From contig JASGJH010000001.1 in assembly GCA_047601445.1 (NCBI GenBank), forward strand, positions 8,032,001-8,096,000: DNA of 64,000 nt. The letters run 5' to 3'. Position 1 is the stretch's first letter. Each line of letters begins with the position of its first letter. Below the pieces are notes generated by a model that saw only the letters and a list, made by a program, of their open reading frames with translations, ran no database searches and had not been told where the DNA came from. A program made the translations under genes and the position numbers. This document shows positions 1 to 10,181 of this stretch, piece by piece. This DNA comes from Myxococcales bacterium. Its GTDB lineage: Bacteria; Myxococcota_A; Polyangia; Polyangiales; DASUME01.

Positions 1-240
1 GTCGTTGGCGCGCGTGATGCCGGCATCGACGTTGCCCTGTCCGCCCGTGATTCCTTTTTGGAACTGCGAGCGGTACGCGTCGCCCTGCTCCTTCGAGCCG
101 CCATAGTATTGGGCGATCGGAGAGAGGGTCTTCTTGTCCTTCGCCGAGCCGCCGAGGATGCGGCCCATGAAGGGGTCAACCTTGCCCCACTTCTCGCCGA
201 GCTTGCCAGCAGCACCCTTCAATCGGTCGCCGAACGCCAT
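1..240 (-). CDS. Partial phage protein, probable internal virion/ejection protein (runs off window)
   Basis: Read manually from ATG at 240: MAFGDRLKGAAGKLGEKWGKVDPFMGRILGGSAKDKK..., open to base 1, Gly/Ala/Gln-rich; follows the nozzle-like gene, as podoviral ejection proteins do. Confidence 0.55.
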   Translation of the reverse strand, partial: MAFGDRLKGAAGKLGEKWGKVDPFMGRILGGSAKDKKTLSPIAQYYGGSKEQGDAYRSQFQKGITGGQGNVDAGITRAND

Positions 241-275
241 ACCGGTGCGCGGCCACAAGAGAAAAGGCCTTGGTG

Positions 276-3200
276 CTACCTAGCCGCGGACTGGTAGACC
301 GCGTCGGCTTTGGTGCCGCTCTTCTGGCTGTAAACGAGCGTAATCGCGTAGGGCCGCACGCAGTCTCCCGAGCCGTTGAGGCTCAGGTACACGGAAACGG
401 CGCGCATCGATACCGTGCCCTTGGGCCCCATGGCAAGCGTGTAACGGCCGTTGGCCATCTTGCTCGCGTTCGCAATTTGGGCGAACGCGTAGGACTCGAT
501 CCGGTCGAGCGCGTTGGCGAAGTCCTGGCCGATCCCGAAGTCCAACGTGTGGTCCGACAGGCGCTTGCAGGACACGAGCACCTTTTGCAGGGCGCAGTCG
601 GCTTCCTCCATCGTGCCGCCCAGGATGATGTCACCCGTGAGGAACGTCATGGGCGCACCGGTCACGCTGTCGGGGTCCATTGTGGCGATGCCCAGGTTCT
701 CGCGCAGGAACTGGAAGAGCCCGCTGACCGGATCCAGACACGCGCCCTTTGCGCCCGTGGTGACCTCGGGCCCCCAGCAGGTGAACTTGCGCTCTCCGTA
801 GTTGAATACCGCGTGCAGCGTCTCCTTGACCCCATCGGTCCGATAGGAGTCGTACAGCCACACGACCTCCTTGGTGTCCGGCAGGCTGATCGCGGTGTAC
901 GAGGCACCGTCGTAGGTCTCGAAATCGTCGAGAATGCCCGTTCCGAGCTCGCCGCCGAGCGTGGCGAAACGCGTGCCCGACTGAAACAGGATGCCCATGG
1001 GCGTGCGCACCACGGCCGTGCGCGAGGAGCACGGAATGTCGCTGATCTGCTGCGGGTCGTTGAACGAGCCTCCCGCGAACGAGGCATCGGGGCCACCGCC
1101 CGTGACTTCCCAGGTGCCGCGCTCGGTCAGCACAGCGAGCACACCGCCAAGCTCCTCGAGCGTGGCGCGCTTGCCGGCGCTGGCAGGGATGGCCTTGACC
1201 TGCAGCGAGGAGAACTCGAATCCGTAGCCGTCCTCCTTGGGCTTGGAGTACCAAAGGATACCGCGCGCATCGATCCCCCACGCGCGGTTTCCCACGATGG
1301 CCACGTCCTGGAAGCTCGGCGGGCACTGCGCCCCGAGCGGCAGGCTGGCCGAGCCGGTGGTGTAAATGGCCGTGTCAATGACAGGCTCGCCGATGTTGCC
1401 GAACACGGCCATGGTCGACTGCACCGAGTCGGGAACCCACGAACTCTGTTGATAGAACGGGCTGGTGCCTCCCTGCAGCGTTGCAAACACGGTGATCCGC
1501 GCCGTCTCCTGCCGCACGCCATTGCGCATCGAAGCGGGCAGCGACACGAACACCTTAGGCTTCTGCCCGCCCGCGACCGTGAGCGAAATGGCGGCCGCAG
1601 GGTAGGACCGGCGCACGTTGCCGGCGCAGTCGCCCCACATGATCACGGCGCTGATCAAGTACGTGCCTGCGGTCCAGCCTACGCCGGTGCCGGTGTTGGC
1701 CTCGGCGAAAACCTGCGGGCGCTGTGTCGGAATGACCTCAGCCACTTCCACGCCGTCCCAGTAGACTGGCCCGCCAGATAGCAACGAAACCCCGGTGTCG
1801 TCCTTCACCGAGGTGATTGGCTCCGTGGGGCTCATCACCACATAGCGGCCAACCACGCCGCCGTTCGTAGTTCCAGTCTTGAACTTGTTGAGCTCCTGGT
1901 AGGTGAACCAGATCCGCCCGTCTGGGCCCTGGGTCAGGCTCGCCCACGAAAAGGACGCTCCTACGAGGAACGCCTGGTCGACGCCGAACCGGCCCACGAG
2001 CGCAACCGAGTCGCGCGAGCACGCTCGGAACACCTCGGCATAAGGGTCGCCGGCGCCTGCAATGGCCGAGGCCGATCCCTGCAGGCCGAACAGCGGCACA
2101 ACCATCGTGCCCGTCCGGTCCCACCCGCCGCATGACATGAGCTGCTTGAAGGGCAGCCAGAACGGCGTGGCCGCAGCGCCCGTGATCAGGTCGAGGAACG
2201 TGAACACGGTTCCGACCTGGCGGGTCGGCGGCGCCACGCCGCTCGAGTTGTTGCGCGCCGAGGACGCCGCCACCACGTGGTTACCCACGATCGGGTGAAA
2301 CATCATGCTCACAGCAACGGGCCCATCGTGCTGTGTGTCGACGGTCTGCAGCGCAAACACCGGGGTCAGCGCGAGCCCCTCGAGCAGCTGCGACTTGGCC
2401 ACACCGGAGCCGCCACCGCTGGTGTTGCTGCCCACGCAGATAGCCACGAGCTCGTCGGTGCCATAGGTGATGTGCTTGATCGCGACCGCATGCGGGAGCG
2501 CCCCGAGCGCCTGCGTGGTCGAGAGCTGCGCCCAGGTGCCGATGGTCACCCGAGACACGGTGAAGCTGTTCGCCGCACCCGAGGCCTGCGTGATCAGCCA
2601 CGCATATTGCGCGTGCCGGTCACTGTGGACAGCGAAAGCTGGATAGCTGTTGTTCGTGAACACCACGGCAGGGGTGCCCACGGTGACGGTCATGGTGGCC
2701 GTGTTGAGCGTGAGCTGCACGGCGCTGACCGCGTTGCCGCTCGAGTTCCACCAGACTACCGCGTTCGAGCCCGCGTGGCAGGTGATGGAACCCCAGGGCG
2801 TTCCGAGCCCGGTAGCCGTGATGGTGCTGTCTGCGACCGGCGTGGGCGGCACAGCCACCGAGCCGTCAGGCGCCAGCACCGTAATCATGGCCTTCGAGCC
2901 GCTCGGCACGATGCCCAACGAGCGCATCTGCAGGATCCAGGTGTAGCCGTTGGCGTCCACCTCGAGCGCGGGTGCGCCAGCCGCAGCACCGTAACCGCCA
3001 GGTGCAGGCGCATCGATCTGGGGCCAGTAGTGCGCGTAGCTGTTCTGTGGGTTCGCTGGGGAAATGGTGGACGGAACCAGAGTGGACTTCGCCGTGTTGC
3101 CGCGGAGCAGCTCGTTACGCTTGCGGGCCACCAGCAGGGTGTTGCCTCGGCCGCTCGGCACGAGGCCTTGCCGCTGCTCGTCGGTGGCGCCGATCCAGGC

Positions 3201-3365
3201 AGTGACCATGGGCGCTTTGGTGGGCACGCCCTGCACGCGGCCGAGTCGCGTGTTGCGGCTCAGCTGCAGCGCAGGGGACGGCCCGAACGGCTGCACCCGG
3301 GACTCGCTCGTGTTGCGCATGCCCAGGTCGAGAGGGATCGTGGGGATATTGGGTCCGGTCGCCAT
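276..3365 (-). CDS. Large beta-rich virion protein, probable tail nozzle/tubular protein B (T7 gp12/P22 gp10-like)
   Basis: 1029 aa, beta-propeller-like composition (GNRAWGID, LWYSKP, LAVLTERGTW, GILFQS); located after the adaptor. Confidence 0.6.
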   Translation of the reverse strand: MATGPNIPTIPLDLGMRNTSESRVQPFGPSPALQLSRNTRLGRVQGVPTKAPMVTAWIGATDEQRQGLVPSGRGNTLLVARKRNELLRGNTAKSTLVPSTISPANPQNSYAHYWPQIDAPAPGGYGAAAGAPALEVDANGYTWILQMRSLGIVPSGSKAMITVLAPDGSVAVPPTPVADSTITATGLGTPWGSITCHAGSNAVVWWNSSGNAVSAVQLTLNTATMTVTVGTPAVVFTNNSYPAFAVHSDRHAQYAWLITQASGAANSFTVSRVTIGTWAQLSTTQALGALPHAVAIKHITYGTDELVAICVGSNTSGGGSGVAKSQLLEGLALTPVFALQTVDTQHDGPVAVSMMFHPIVGNHVVAASSARNNSSGVAPPTRQVGTVFTFLDLITGAAATPFWLPFKQLMSCGGWDRTGTMVVPLFGLQGSASAIAGAGDPYAEVFRACSRDSVALVGRFGVDQAFLVGASFSWASLTQGPDGRIWFTYQELNKFKTGTTNGGVVGRYVVMSPTEPITSVKDDTGVSLLSGGPVYWDGVEVAEVIPTQRPQVFAEANTGTGVGWTAGTYLISAVIMWGDCAGNVRRSYPAAAISLTVAGGQKPKVFVSLPASMRNGVRQETARITVFATLQGGTSPFYQQSSWVPDSVQSTMAVFGNIGEPVIDTAIYTTGSASLPLGAQCPPSFQDVAIVGNRAWGIDARGILWYSKPKEDGYGFEFSSLQVKAIPASAGKRATLEELGGVLAVLTERGTWEVTGGGPDASFAGGSFNDPQQISDIPCSSRTAVVRTPMGILFQSGTRFATLGGELGTGILDDFETYDGASYTAISLPDTKEVVWLYDSYRTDGVKETLHAVFNYGERKFTCWGPEVTTGAKGACLDPVSGLFQFLRENLGIATMDPDSVTGAPMTFLTGDIILGGTMEEADCALQKVLVSCKRLSDHTLDFGIGQDFANALDRIESYAFAQIANASKMANGRYTLAMGPKGTVSMRAVSVYLSLNGSGDCVRPYAITLVYSQKSGTKADAVYQSAAR

Positions 3366-3758
3366 TCAGAACACCCATGCGTCGATGACAAGGTTCGTCG
3401 GTGCGGTCAGCGAAATAAAGCCGAACACCTGGCTCGGGTCGCGGTTGGCTACCACCACTTGAGCCGGCCCGTAGACGGCGAACGCGGTGGCGTTGGTCCA
3501 GGTCTGACCGATGGGGATCACGCCCTTGAACGCGCGCCCGAGGCCGTGCGGAAAGAAGTTGGGGTTGGTGGTGCCATCCATGCGGCACCCCGTGATCAGC
3601 TTCCCCTGCAGCAGGTCGAGCTTGGCGATCTCCGTGGCGAACTCGGCCACCGACTGGGAGAACTTGAGCAGGTTCCCTATCACGCGCAGCGCGTCGTTCA
3701 GGTCCTGCAGCTTGGAGGTGCGAACGCCCGCCGTGCCCCACTTCAGCCAGCGCAGCAT
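3366..3758 (-). CDS. Phage hypothetical virion-associated protein (130 aa)
   Basis: ATG overlaps the upstream TGA (TGATG); MLRWLKWG...FPHGLGRAFKGVIP...DAWVF; its stop abuts the next start. Confidence 0.7.
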   Translation of the reverse strand: MLRWLKWGTAGVRTSKLQDLNDALRVIGNLLKFSQSVAEFATEIAKLDLLQGKLITGCRMDGTTNPNFFPHGLGRAFKGVIPIGQTWTNATAFAVYGPAQVVVANRDPSQVFGFISLTAPTNLVIDAWVF

Positions 3759-4492
3759 CAGCCCCTCCAGTAGCGCTTGCCGCCGAACAGCTGGTTCGCG
3801 TCGACCATGCCGCCGCGTACGTCGCGGATGGTCTCGATGCCGAACTTGTCGCGGCTCTTCTTGAGTCGCTTTCGGATAGCCGCGTCTTCCTTCTCGAGCA
3901 GCGCAATGAAGCTCGCGGGGCTCACGGCCTCGCCTTCCTTCTGCTGCGCCAAGCGCACCATGATGCAGGTGTAAAACACCACCCACTGGTCCCAGCTGTC
4001 CTGCATCACCACGAAATCGCTGGCCGTGGTGACGTAGATGCCCGTTGTGTAGTGCAGCTTGAGGTTGTAGGCGGCCTGGGGCGTCGGGTAGAGCTCGACC
4101 GTGTTCGCGCCCATCACGCGGTACTTGGGGACGGTAAACGTGTCCCAGCTCGACGAGGAAGCCACCGGGGAGGCGAGCCAGTTGTCGACGTCGGCCCACT
4201 CGAGCGGAGTCTCCTCGGTGGCCGTCCGCAGCCACGAAATCCGCATGAGGTCGCTGAAACCCGTGGGCAGCGACACCACGGAAAGCCCGGGCGTCGTTGC
4301 GACCAAGCCGAACGTGGTGAGAAGCTGCTGATCGCTGTACTCCTTGATGATTCCACCGAGCTGCGTGAGCGCCGCGCGCACCAGGTCGAGGATGATCGCG
4401 GGAGTGAACAGCGTGTTCGCCGTGTACGGCTCGAGGCCGCACAGCACTCGGACACGTTCCTGCAGCGTGCTGACCTGGACCTGTTGGCTCAA
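3758..4492 (-). CDS. Probable head-tail adaptor (tail tubular protein A-like)
   Basis: 244 aa with helical N- and C-termini and a central beta region containing LPTGF and VELYPTP motifs typical of podoviral adaptors; located after the capsid cluster. Confidence 0.65.
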   Translation of the reverse strand: MSQQVQVSTLQERVRVLCGLEPYTANTLFTPAIILDLVRAALTQLGGIIKEYSDQQLLTTFGLVATTPGLSVVSLPTGFSDLMRISWLRTATEETPLEWADVDNWLASPVASSSSWDTFTVPKYRVMGANTVELYPTPQAAYNLKLHYTTGIYVTTASDFVVMQDSWDQWVVFYTCIMVRLAQQKEGEAVSPASFIALLEKEDAAIRKRLKKSRDKFGIETIRDVRGGMVDANQLFGGKRYWRG

Positions 4493-4518
4493 TGGGACCT
4501 CAGCAGGTGAGCGGGGAC

Positions 4519-4548
4519 AAAAGAAAAGGCCGGGTTGCCCCGGCCCTT
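4519..4548 (-). terminator. Intrinsic terminator after the capsid gene cluster
   Basis: Minus strand reads GGCCGGG-GCAA-CCCGGCC followed by TTTTCTTTT. Confidence 0.85.
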
Positions 4549-4575
4549 CCTAGGTCATCTCAACGCAGCGCCTGC

Positions 4576-4782
4576 CTATTCCTCATCATCACCCGAGCCC
4601 ATGGCGGGCTCGTCCTTGTCGTCGAGGATCATGCAAAGCGCTTCGTAGAAGTCGTCGAAGTTGCCCTTCTGGAGAGCCTTGAACATGGCTTTCGCCTGAG
4701 TCTTCCGGCTGTCCCCGCTGCCTTCCTCGTCCTTGGGCTTGGCGACCAAAAGCCCGATTGCGCCTTCCTTGTCCATGGGCAT
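4576..4782 (-). CDS. Small acidic phage protein (68 aa)
   Basis: ATG overlaps the upstream TGA; MPMDKEGAIGLLVAKPK... Confidence 0.65.
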   Translation of the reverse strand: MPMDKEGAIGLLVAKPKDEEGSGDSRKTQAKAMFKALQKGNFDDFYEALCMILDDKDEPAMGSGDDEE

Positions 4783-5141
4783 CACAGCCGGCTCGAGCGC
4801 ATGTCGCACTCGAAGTCGATTCGCATGCCCGTGGTATCGGCCGGCGTCGAGCCGCCCGCATTGACCACCTGCAGCACCACGGTACCGGTGCCCGGGGTGT
4901 TGGACTTCACGAACACCCGCTGTGCGTCCGTGGTGAACAGCACGGAGCGGATGCAGAAGTTCAGGAAGTCGGCGAAGTCCTCGAACACGATCGTGATTTC
5001 ACCCACGTTCGTGCGCGTGATCGACTTGACGCCATCCTGTTGATTGACGGTTACCGCGCCAGCGCCTGCAGTCGTGAAACTGCCCTGGGCGTCGGCTTGG
5101 TTTGGCGCCTTCGTGCGCCTGATTCGGCTATTCGCTCCCAT
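4782..5141 (-). CDS. Phage protein after major capsid, possible decoration protein
   Basis: 119 aa, beta-rich, directly downstream of the MCP. Confidence 0.6.
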   Translation of the reverse strand: MGANSRIRRTKAPNQADAQGSFTTAGAGAVTVNQQDGVKSITRTNVGEITIVFEDFADFLNFCIRSVLFTTDAQRVFVKSNTPGTGTVVLQVVNAGGSTPADTTGMRIDFECDMRSSRL

Positions 5142-5175
5142 GTTGCTCTACCTCAGTTCAAGCGGGTTGGGTGGA

Positions 5176-6411
5176 TCAGCCGACCAGGGTGGGCATCTCG
5201 ATGCGCTGCAGACGGGTGGGGGTGAAGATCCACCCGCCGTCGTGCGCGATCTTCTGCATCACGTAGTTGCCCTGGGGGTCGTCGAACGCGTCCGTGGCGT
5301 ACGGACGGCTCTGGCCCAGGGAGAGCTCGGCCGCGTCGGGACCGACCACCCAGCTCGTGTTGAGCGGGCAGTGGCGCGACTCGGTCAGGGTGTTGCCGCG
5401 ATACTTGAGCTTCCGGATACCCATTTCGGTGTCCGACACGTCCGCGTCGAACATCTTGAGGGACTCGAGGAGCTCCTCGTAGGCAGCCCACTGGATCGGG
5501 TGCATGAAGGCCGCGCCGCCTTCCTTCCACAGGTTCGGAAGGTCGGTCTTCGCCTGCGCGCGAGCGCGGACGAACACGGCCTGGCGCGGCACGCCGGAGC
5601 TCGCGATGAAGCGAGACCCGCCCATGGCGTTGATGTTCAGCGTGCGGTCCACGTTCATGAACAGCGTGGCGCTCACGACGAGCGGGTTCCAGCCGTTGAG
5701 GCCGGTCATGATGTTCTCGGCGCCGTTGTTGGACGCGATGCCGTAGTGGTACAGGCTCATGCCCGGGGTACCGATGCCGGTGATCTGAGAGGTGACCGTG
5801 CCGTTCACCGTGAGCACACCGGTGGTGGTGTTCACTCCGATGACGCGGGCGGTGCCCGCGGGGTCCACGACGCCGTTGTAGGCGATGGGGGTACCGCTCA
5901 CCAGCGCGGAGCCGGGCGTCGCCGAGGCGCCGATCAGCTGGCCGATGCTGAAGTACTGCGCCTGGTAGGGCGCAATGGTGATGGTGCTGCCGGAAGCGGC
6001 GAGCACGGTGGCACGGGCGCCGGTGCCGTCACCGAAGCCCAGGAGCTCGATCTCCTGGTAGAGCTTCTGGGTGCCATCGAGCACGCACTTCTTGGCGTAG
6101 TCGATAAACTTGGCATCGCCCTTGGAGTTGCGCAGAACCTTCGACTCGAACTTGATGTGTCCGATCATCGTGCACTGCGGCACCTTGAACTTCTTGCCCT
6201 GCACGCTGGTGTGCTGGAGCACCGCGTTCGCGGCGGTGGACGCGACGCCACCACCCAGGATGGCATCGATCGGGATTTCCTTGTCGGAGCCCTGGAAATC
6301 GTAGGTCTTCTTGGCGTAGTCGCTCAGCGGCGCCTCGAAGAACAGCTCCTTTTCCTTGTACTTCCCGTAGATCTGCCGGGTCAGGTACTGAATCTCAGCA
6401 GTAGTAGTCAT
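5176..6411 (-). CDS. Major capsid protein (HK97-type, with inserted beta domain)
   Basis: 411 aa after portal and scaffold; helix ending LLGFGDGTG followed by a Gly/Thr-rich insertion; MTGLNGW and AFMHP motifs. Confidence 0.8.
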   Translation of the reverse strand: MTTTAEIQYLTRQIYGKYKEKELFFEAPLSDYAKKTYDFQGSDKEIPIDAILGGGVASTAANAVLQHTSVQGKKFKVPQCTMIGHIKFESKVLRNSKGDAKFIDYAKKCVLDGTQKLYQEIELLGFGDGTGARATVLAASGSTITIAPYQAQYFSIGQLIGASATPGSALVSGTPIAYNGVVDPAGTARVIGVNTTTGVLTVNGTVTSQITGIGTPGMSLYHYGIASNNGAENIMTGLNGWNPLVVSATLFMNVDRTLNINAMGGSRFIASSGVPRQAVFVRARAQAKTDLPNLWKEGGAAFMHPIQWAAYEELLESLKMFDADVSDTEMGIRKLKYRGNTLTESRHCPLNTSWVVGPDAAELSLGQSRPYATDAFDDPQGNYVMQKIAHDGGWIFTPTRLQRIEMPTLVG

Positions 6412-6420
6412 GGCGAATCC

Positions 6421-7422
6421 TCATGCGGCGCCCCGGCGTTGCCGGAACTCGGCTAGCCCTCGTGCGAGCTCCTCGTTCTCGGTCTGCGCATCAGACGGAT
6501 CACGAGACACCACTTCGGGCTGGTTTAGAGGCTTCGGAACGCTGGCCGTGCCCGTGCTGCTGGTCGGGCTCTTCTGCTGATTCGGGGCGCCTAGCACCTT
6601 CATCCAAAGATCTCGCACAAGTGGATTGGCCACGAGCTTGCGCACGGTCTTCTCGACGCTCACCAGCGCCTCGAGGCCGCGCTGGCTCTGTCCCTCGAGC
6701 TTTTCGGCCACCTCGTGCAGGTCGGGCACCTTGCCGCCGTTGGCCTTCATCTCCGCATAGACCTCGTCGAGGAACCAGCCCATGCCGTCGTCGGTGGTGT
6801 CGAGGAATGCGAACTTTGCGTCGTTCTCCGTGAGGAACTCCTTGATCACCACGAGGTCCTCGGTGCGCTGCTGCTTCTGCTTGCTGGCAACCTCCGCTTC
6901 GGCCTCGGTCTGCCGCCGCTTGCGTGCCCACAGGATGTCCTCGCGCATGTCCTCGGGCAGGTCAGCGAGCGGGTCGCGGTCGAGCGTGCCCTTCTCGGCG
7001 CGCTGGAAGAGCTGCTCGATGGTCAGGCCGGTTTCCTCCATGGCGACTTTGATAAAGTCCTTGCGAATGGCGGCCTTGATCGTGGCGAGCTCGTCCTTCG
7101 CGGCCTTCTCGAACGCCTTGATCTGCACGTTCTCGGTGGTCAGGCGCTTCACGTCGCGCTGCGCTCGAGCAAGGTGCAACTCGGCCTTGTCGTCCTTCGG
7201 CTCCGGCTTTGGCTCGGGCTTCTCTTCAGCGGCCGGCTGGTCCTTAGGCTTCTCTGCTTCGCCCTTGGCGGCGTCGCCCACCGGCGCTTCCGACGTCTGC
7301 TCACCTTCCCCCAGAAGCTCGCTGTACTTCGCCACGATCTCCGGGTCATCGGCTGGGGCGTTGCCCATCTTGATCTCGGAGTCGTCGGTGGTCGCGGTTT
7401 CGGGGTTGGTGTTGATGGTCAT
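6421..7422 (-). CDS. Capsid scaffolding protein
   Basis: 333 aa, charged and helical/coiled-coil with disordered ends; lies between portal and MCP. Confidence 0.7.
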   Translation of the reverse strand: MTINTNPETATTDDSEIKMGNAPADDPEIVAKYSELLGEGEQTSEAPVGDAAKGEAEKPKDQPAAEEKPEPKPEPKDDKAELHLARAQRDVKRLTTENVQIKAFEKAAKDELATIKAAIRKDFIKVAMEETGLTIEQLFQRAEKGTLDRDPLADLPEDMREDILWARKRRQTEAEAEVASKQKQQRTEDLVVIKEFLTENDAKFAFLDTTDDGMGWFLDEVYAEMKANGGKVPDLHEVAEKLEGQSQRGLEALVSVEKTVRKLVANPLVRDLWMKVLGAPNQQKSPTSSTGTASVPKPLNQPEVVSRDPSDAQTENEELARGLAEFRQRRGAA

Positions 7423-7431
7423 TGGGCTCCC

Positions 7432-9273
7432 TCAGATGGCTGCTGGTGCACCGCCGGCTGCACCAAGTTGTTGCGGCGGAACGACGTCAGTGGGCTGTGG
7501 CTGTGTCTCGGGGACAGACGGCGCGATCACATCGCAATAGGCGATGTACCTGCGGAACGCGTCCTGAACCTCGAGCGGGGCTTCGCTGCGGTAGGCGATG
7601 AGGTATGCGTTCGTGACCGTGCGCTTGGCCTCGGCCAGGTAGGGCACCTGGAACGTGATCGGCATGGCGCCCTCGCCCCGGCGCAGCTTCTCGATCTGGA
7701 ACTGCACCATGTCTTCCTGCGCGGTCTCGAGCTGCGACCAGGCGGGCAGGTCCGGCACGCCGATCAGGGACATGGCCTGCGACTTGGTCATGACGCCCTG
7801 CGCCGAGAGCTCCTCGACTGCCTCGATTTGGGCCTCGGGGCTGTGCGCCATGGCGTTGATACCGAACACAGACAGGCTCACGTCACCCTCGGTGACAGCC
7901 AGGTCAGCCCACTTCGAGCTGCGAAGGAACGTGGTCCGGCCCTCGCGCGAGCGGCCACCCACCTCGTAACCCGGCGTGAGCTTAAGGCAGTCGTCGTTCA
8001 GGTCCTCGAGCAGACGGAACAGGCGCTCCTGGAACTTCTCGAAGCGGTGGATCATGGGCACGTGACGCTGACTCGTGACGTCGTGCGCCGCGCGCACGGC
8101 CTTCGCCGAGTTGAGCCCCTTCTGTGGGAGCTCGCCGCCCGTCGTGCCCTGGCTGAACCCTTCCTGGTCGAGCAGGTCCTGCCAGATTCGCTGCTGCTGG
8201 GCGATCAAGTCCTGCGGGCTGCCGGACCACAGCACCGCCTCGGGCTTGACGTTGCCGTCATACACGATGCGCAAGCCGGGCATGTTGCTGATCTTCGACA
8301 CCTCGACGTCGGAGTCCGCGTGCACCAGGAACACGAGGTTCGAGCCCAGGTCCTCGCAACGGTCGATGATGGCCTGCAGCTGCCAGTAGCGAATCTGGGC
8401 CGAGAGCGCGCGCTCCACGTAGCCCTGTCCCCAGTAACCGAACGGGCGGTCGAACAGGTTGAAGTGGATGATTGGGAAGCGGTCGCGAATCCACGGCTGC
8501 TTCTCGAGCAGCGCGTTGTCCAGCGTGCGCACCCACATGCCGTCCTCGGCTTTGCCGCCGCTCGGCAGGTGGCAGGCCTCCACGATGGTCACCAGGTCGA
8601 CCTCGGAATCCTTGCGCAGCATGTACGTGTCGTAGTCGTCGAGGTCCGGGCCCTTGGCGTCCTTGATCTTCTGCTTGAGCTTCGGGTACTGCCGCGCCAG
8701 GTAGTCGCGCGGAACGAAGTACTTGTGGGTCTGCGTCCTCGGGTTTGCGCCCTCGGCTTGGTCCACGAACGTGCTGTTCGGAAGCACGTTGACTAGCTTG
8801 GGCGTGCCCGTGTTCGGGTCGATGTACCCTCGGATGCCGCCCGAGCCCGTGCGCGCAGCGTCGTACCAGGACTTTTCCGTGAGCTGGAACATGCCCAGCG
8901 ACTGCGCCTGCCAGAACAGGCAGTCGGCCCGGTCCTCGGCGCGGTTGCGCTGCGTGTAGTCCGCCTTCGTGGCGGTGTACATGGGCAGCGTGCGCACGCC
9001 CGCGCAGCGGGAGGCCGCCGTGTCGATGAGCGCGCCCACCAGGTTCTTGCGAATGCGCATGCCGAGCAGGCGGAACTGGTTGATCTCCGAGCCCATCGCG
9101 CCCGAGCCGTCGGCGTTGCCGTTGGTGGCGATGGAAACGAAAAGCAGATTGTCCGCGCGCATGTCCGAGGACTGCTCCTCGAGCGCCGTCTGGCGCGCCC
9201 AGACGCGGGCCGGGATGTCTGCGGCGTCGCAATCCCAGAATGGCTCGAAGCTGGTCTTATTGTCCGACGGCAT
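7432..9273 (-). CDS. Portal protein (podoviral type)
   Basis: 613 aa; DAARTGSG, FPIIHF..PFGYWGQG, NSAKAVR motifs and a Pro/Gln-rich tail; canonical position. Confidence 0.8.
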   Translation of the reverse strand: MPSDNKTSFEPFWDCDAADIPARVWARQTALEEQSSDMRADNLLFVSIATNGNADGSGAMGSEINQFRLLGMRIRKNLVGALIDTAASRCAGVRTLPMYTATKADYTQRNRAEDRADCLFWQAQSLGMFQLTEKSWYDAARTGSGGIRGYIDPNTGTPKLVNVLPNSTFVDQAEGANPRTQTHKYFVPRDYLARQYPKLKQKIKDAKGPDLDDYDTYMLRKDSEVDLVTIVEACHLPSGGKAEDGMWVRTLDNALLEKQPWIRDRFPIIHFNLFDRPFGYWGQGYVERALSAQIRYWQLQAIIDRCEDLGSNLVFLVHADSDVEVSKISNMPGLRIVYDGNVKPEAVLWSGSPQDLIAQQQRIWQDLLDQEGFSQGTTGGELPQKGLNSAKAVRAAHDVTSQRHVPMIHRFEKFQERLFRLLEDLNDDCLKLTPGYEVGGRSREGRTTFLRSSKWADLAVTEGDVSLSVFGINAMAHSPEAQIEAVEELSAQGVMTKSQAMSLIGVPDLPAWSQLETAQEDMVQFQIEKLRRGEGAMPITFQVPYLAEAKRTVTNAYLIAYRSEAPLEVQDAFRRYIAYCDVIAPSVPETQPQPTDVVPPQQLGAAGGAPAAI

Positions 9274-9481
9274 GCATCAACCCCTGGATGGCGTCGCGCT
9301 GTGCTTGGCGAGCTTCCTTAGGGCTTGGCGGGTCCCGCCTCTCCTCCGTAGGAGGTTGCGCAGCCCTGGGAGCGCTGACCGGCGCGAACGTGGCGGCCAG
9401 CTTCTCGCCTTCGATGGTCACGGAGGTCGCCCCCATCTCTCGGAGCGACTTGCAAAGCTCGATGAACTCGGTGCTCGTCAT
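9257..9481 (-). CDS. Small phage protein
   Basis: 74 aa ORF overlapping the portal start. Confidence 0.6.
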   Translation of the reverse strand: MTSTEFIELCKSLREMGATSVTIEGEKLAATFAPVSAPRAAQPPTEERRDPPSPKEARQAQRDAIQGLMHAVGQ

Positions 9482-9483
9482 GG

Positions 9484-9897
9484 CTACACCGAGTCCGCGA
9501 CGACGATGGTGGCATCTGACGCGCGGCGCTGCGCTGCGTCCCAGGTGCCGCAGTGGCGCATGCGGTGCAGCAGGATGGCAAAGGCGTGCTTGGTCTCGGA
9601 GCTGAGCCAGTGCTCCTGCTCGAGATCAAGCGAGATCTTCATTCGGTCGTCGGGCAGCCCGGACAGGCACTCGGCCTTCCAGTAGATGCGGCCGCCCATG
9701 GCCGTGCGGCGCACAACGCGCATGTACAGCGTGTCGTTGTACGCCTTGGTGGCGTAGTGCTTCTCGGCGTCCTTCTTGGCCTCGTCGGTGTCGAGGTGGG
9801 CGACCATGGCCGAGCGCCAGTCCTCCCACGTCTTGCCCTCGTCGATGCCAAGGACCTCCGCGCCGGATGGCGCCACCTTCTCGTGCAGGTCGCTCAT
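9484..9897 (-). CDS. Phage hypothetical protein
   Basis: 137 aa, tightly packed in the operon with host-like codon use. Confidence 0.7.
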   Translation of the reverse strand: MSDLHEKVAPSGAEVLGIDEGKTWEDWRSAMVAHLDTDEAKKDAEKHYATKAYNDTLYMRVVRRTAMGGRIYWKAECLSGLPDDRMKISLDLEQEHWLSSETKHAFAILLHRMRHCGTWDAAQRRASDATIVVADSV

Positions 9898-10169
9898 TTG
9901 CGCGCCGCCTTGCTGGTCGGTGCCTTGGGCATCTCCGCCGGTGGCTCAGTGAACTGCACGCCATGATCCAGGTCATCGAGCGGGACAACGTAGGTCCGGC
10001 TCCTCGCGCTGACGGCGACAACCGGGCCGCGGAGCTCGAGTTCGTACCCCTTCTCTGCCTCGAAAATGTCCTGCCCGCTGTTCGGCCCGCCGCCGGTGTC
10101 GAGAGCCGGGTCCGCCACGGGGCGCTTGAAGACGACTTTGCGCAATCGCATCGACTTGAGCGAGTGCAC
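9894..10169 (-). CDS. Phage hypothetical protein
   Basis: About 91 aa, 4-bp overlap with the next gene. Confidence 0.6.
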   Translation of the reverse strand: MHSLKSMRLRKVVFKRPVADPALDTGGGPNSGQDIFEAEKGYELELRGPVVAVSARSRTYVVPLDDLDHGVQFTEPPAEMPKAPTSKAARK

Positions 10170-10181
10170 AAGAGGATCGGT

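Noticed and set aside
1781..1789. Extra GCAACGAAA copy in the nozzle gene
   Set aside because: Isolated, no inverted partner seen, compatible with chance
270..8796. Long plus-strand ORFs (270-1781, 2277-3773, 5044-6456, 6715-8796)
   Set aside because: Antisense shadows of high-GC3 virion genes with no motifs; none resembles TerL
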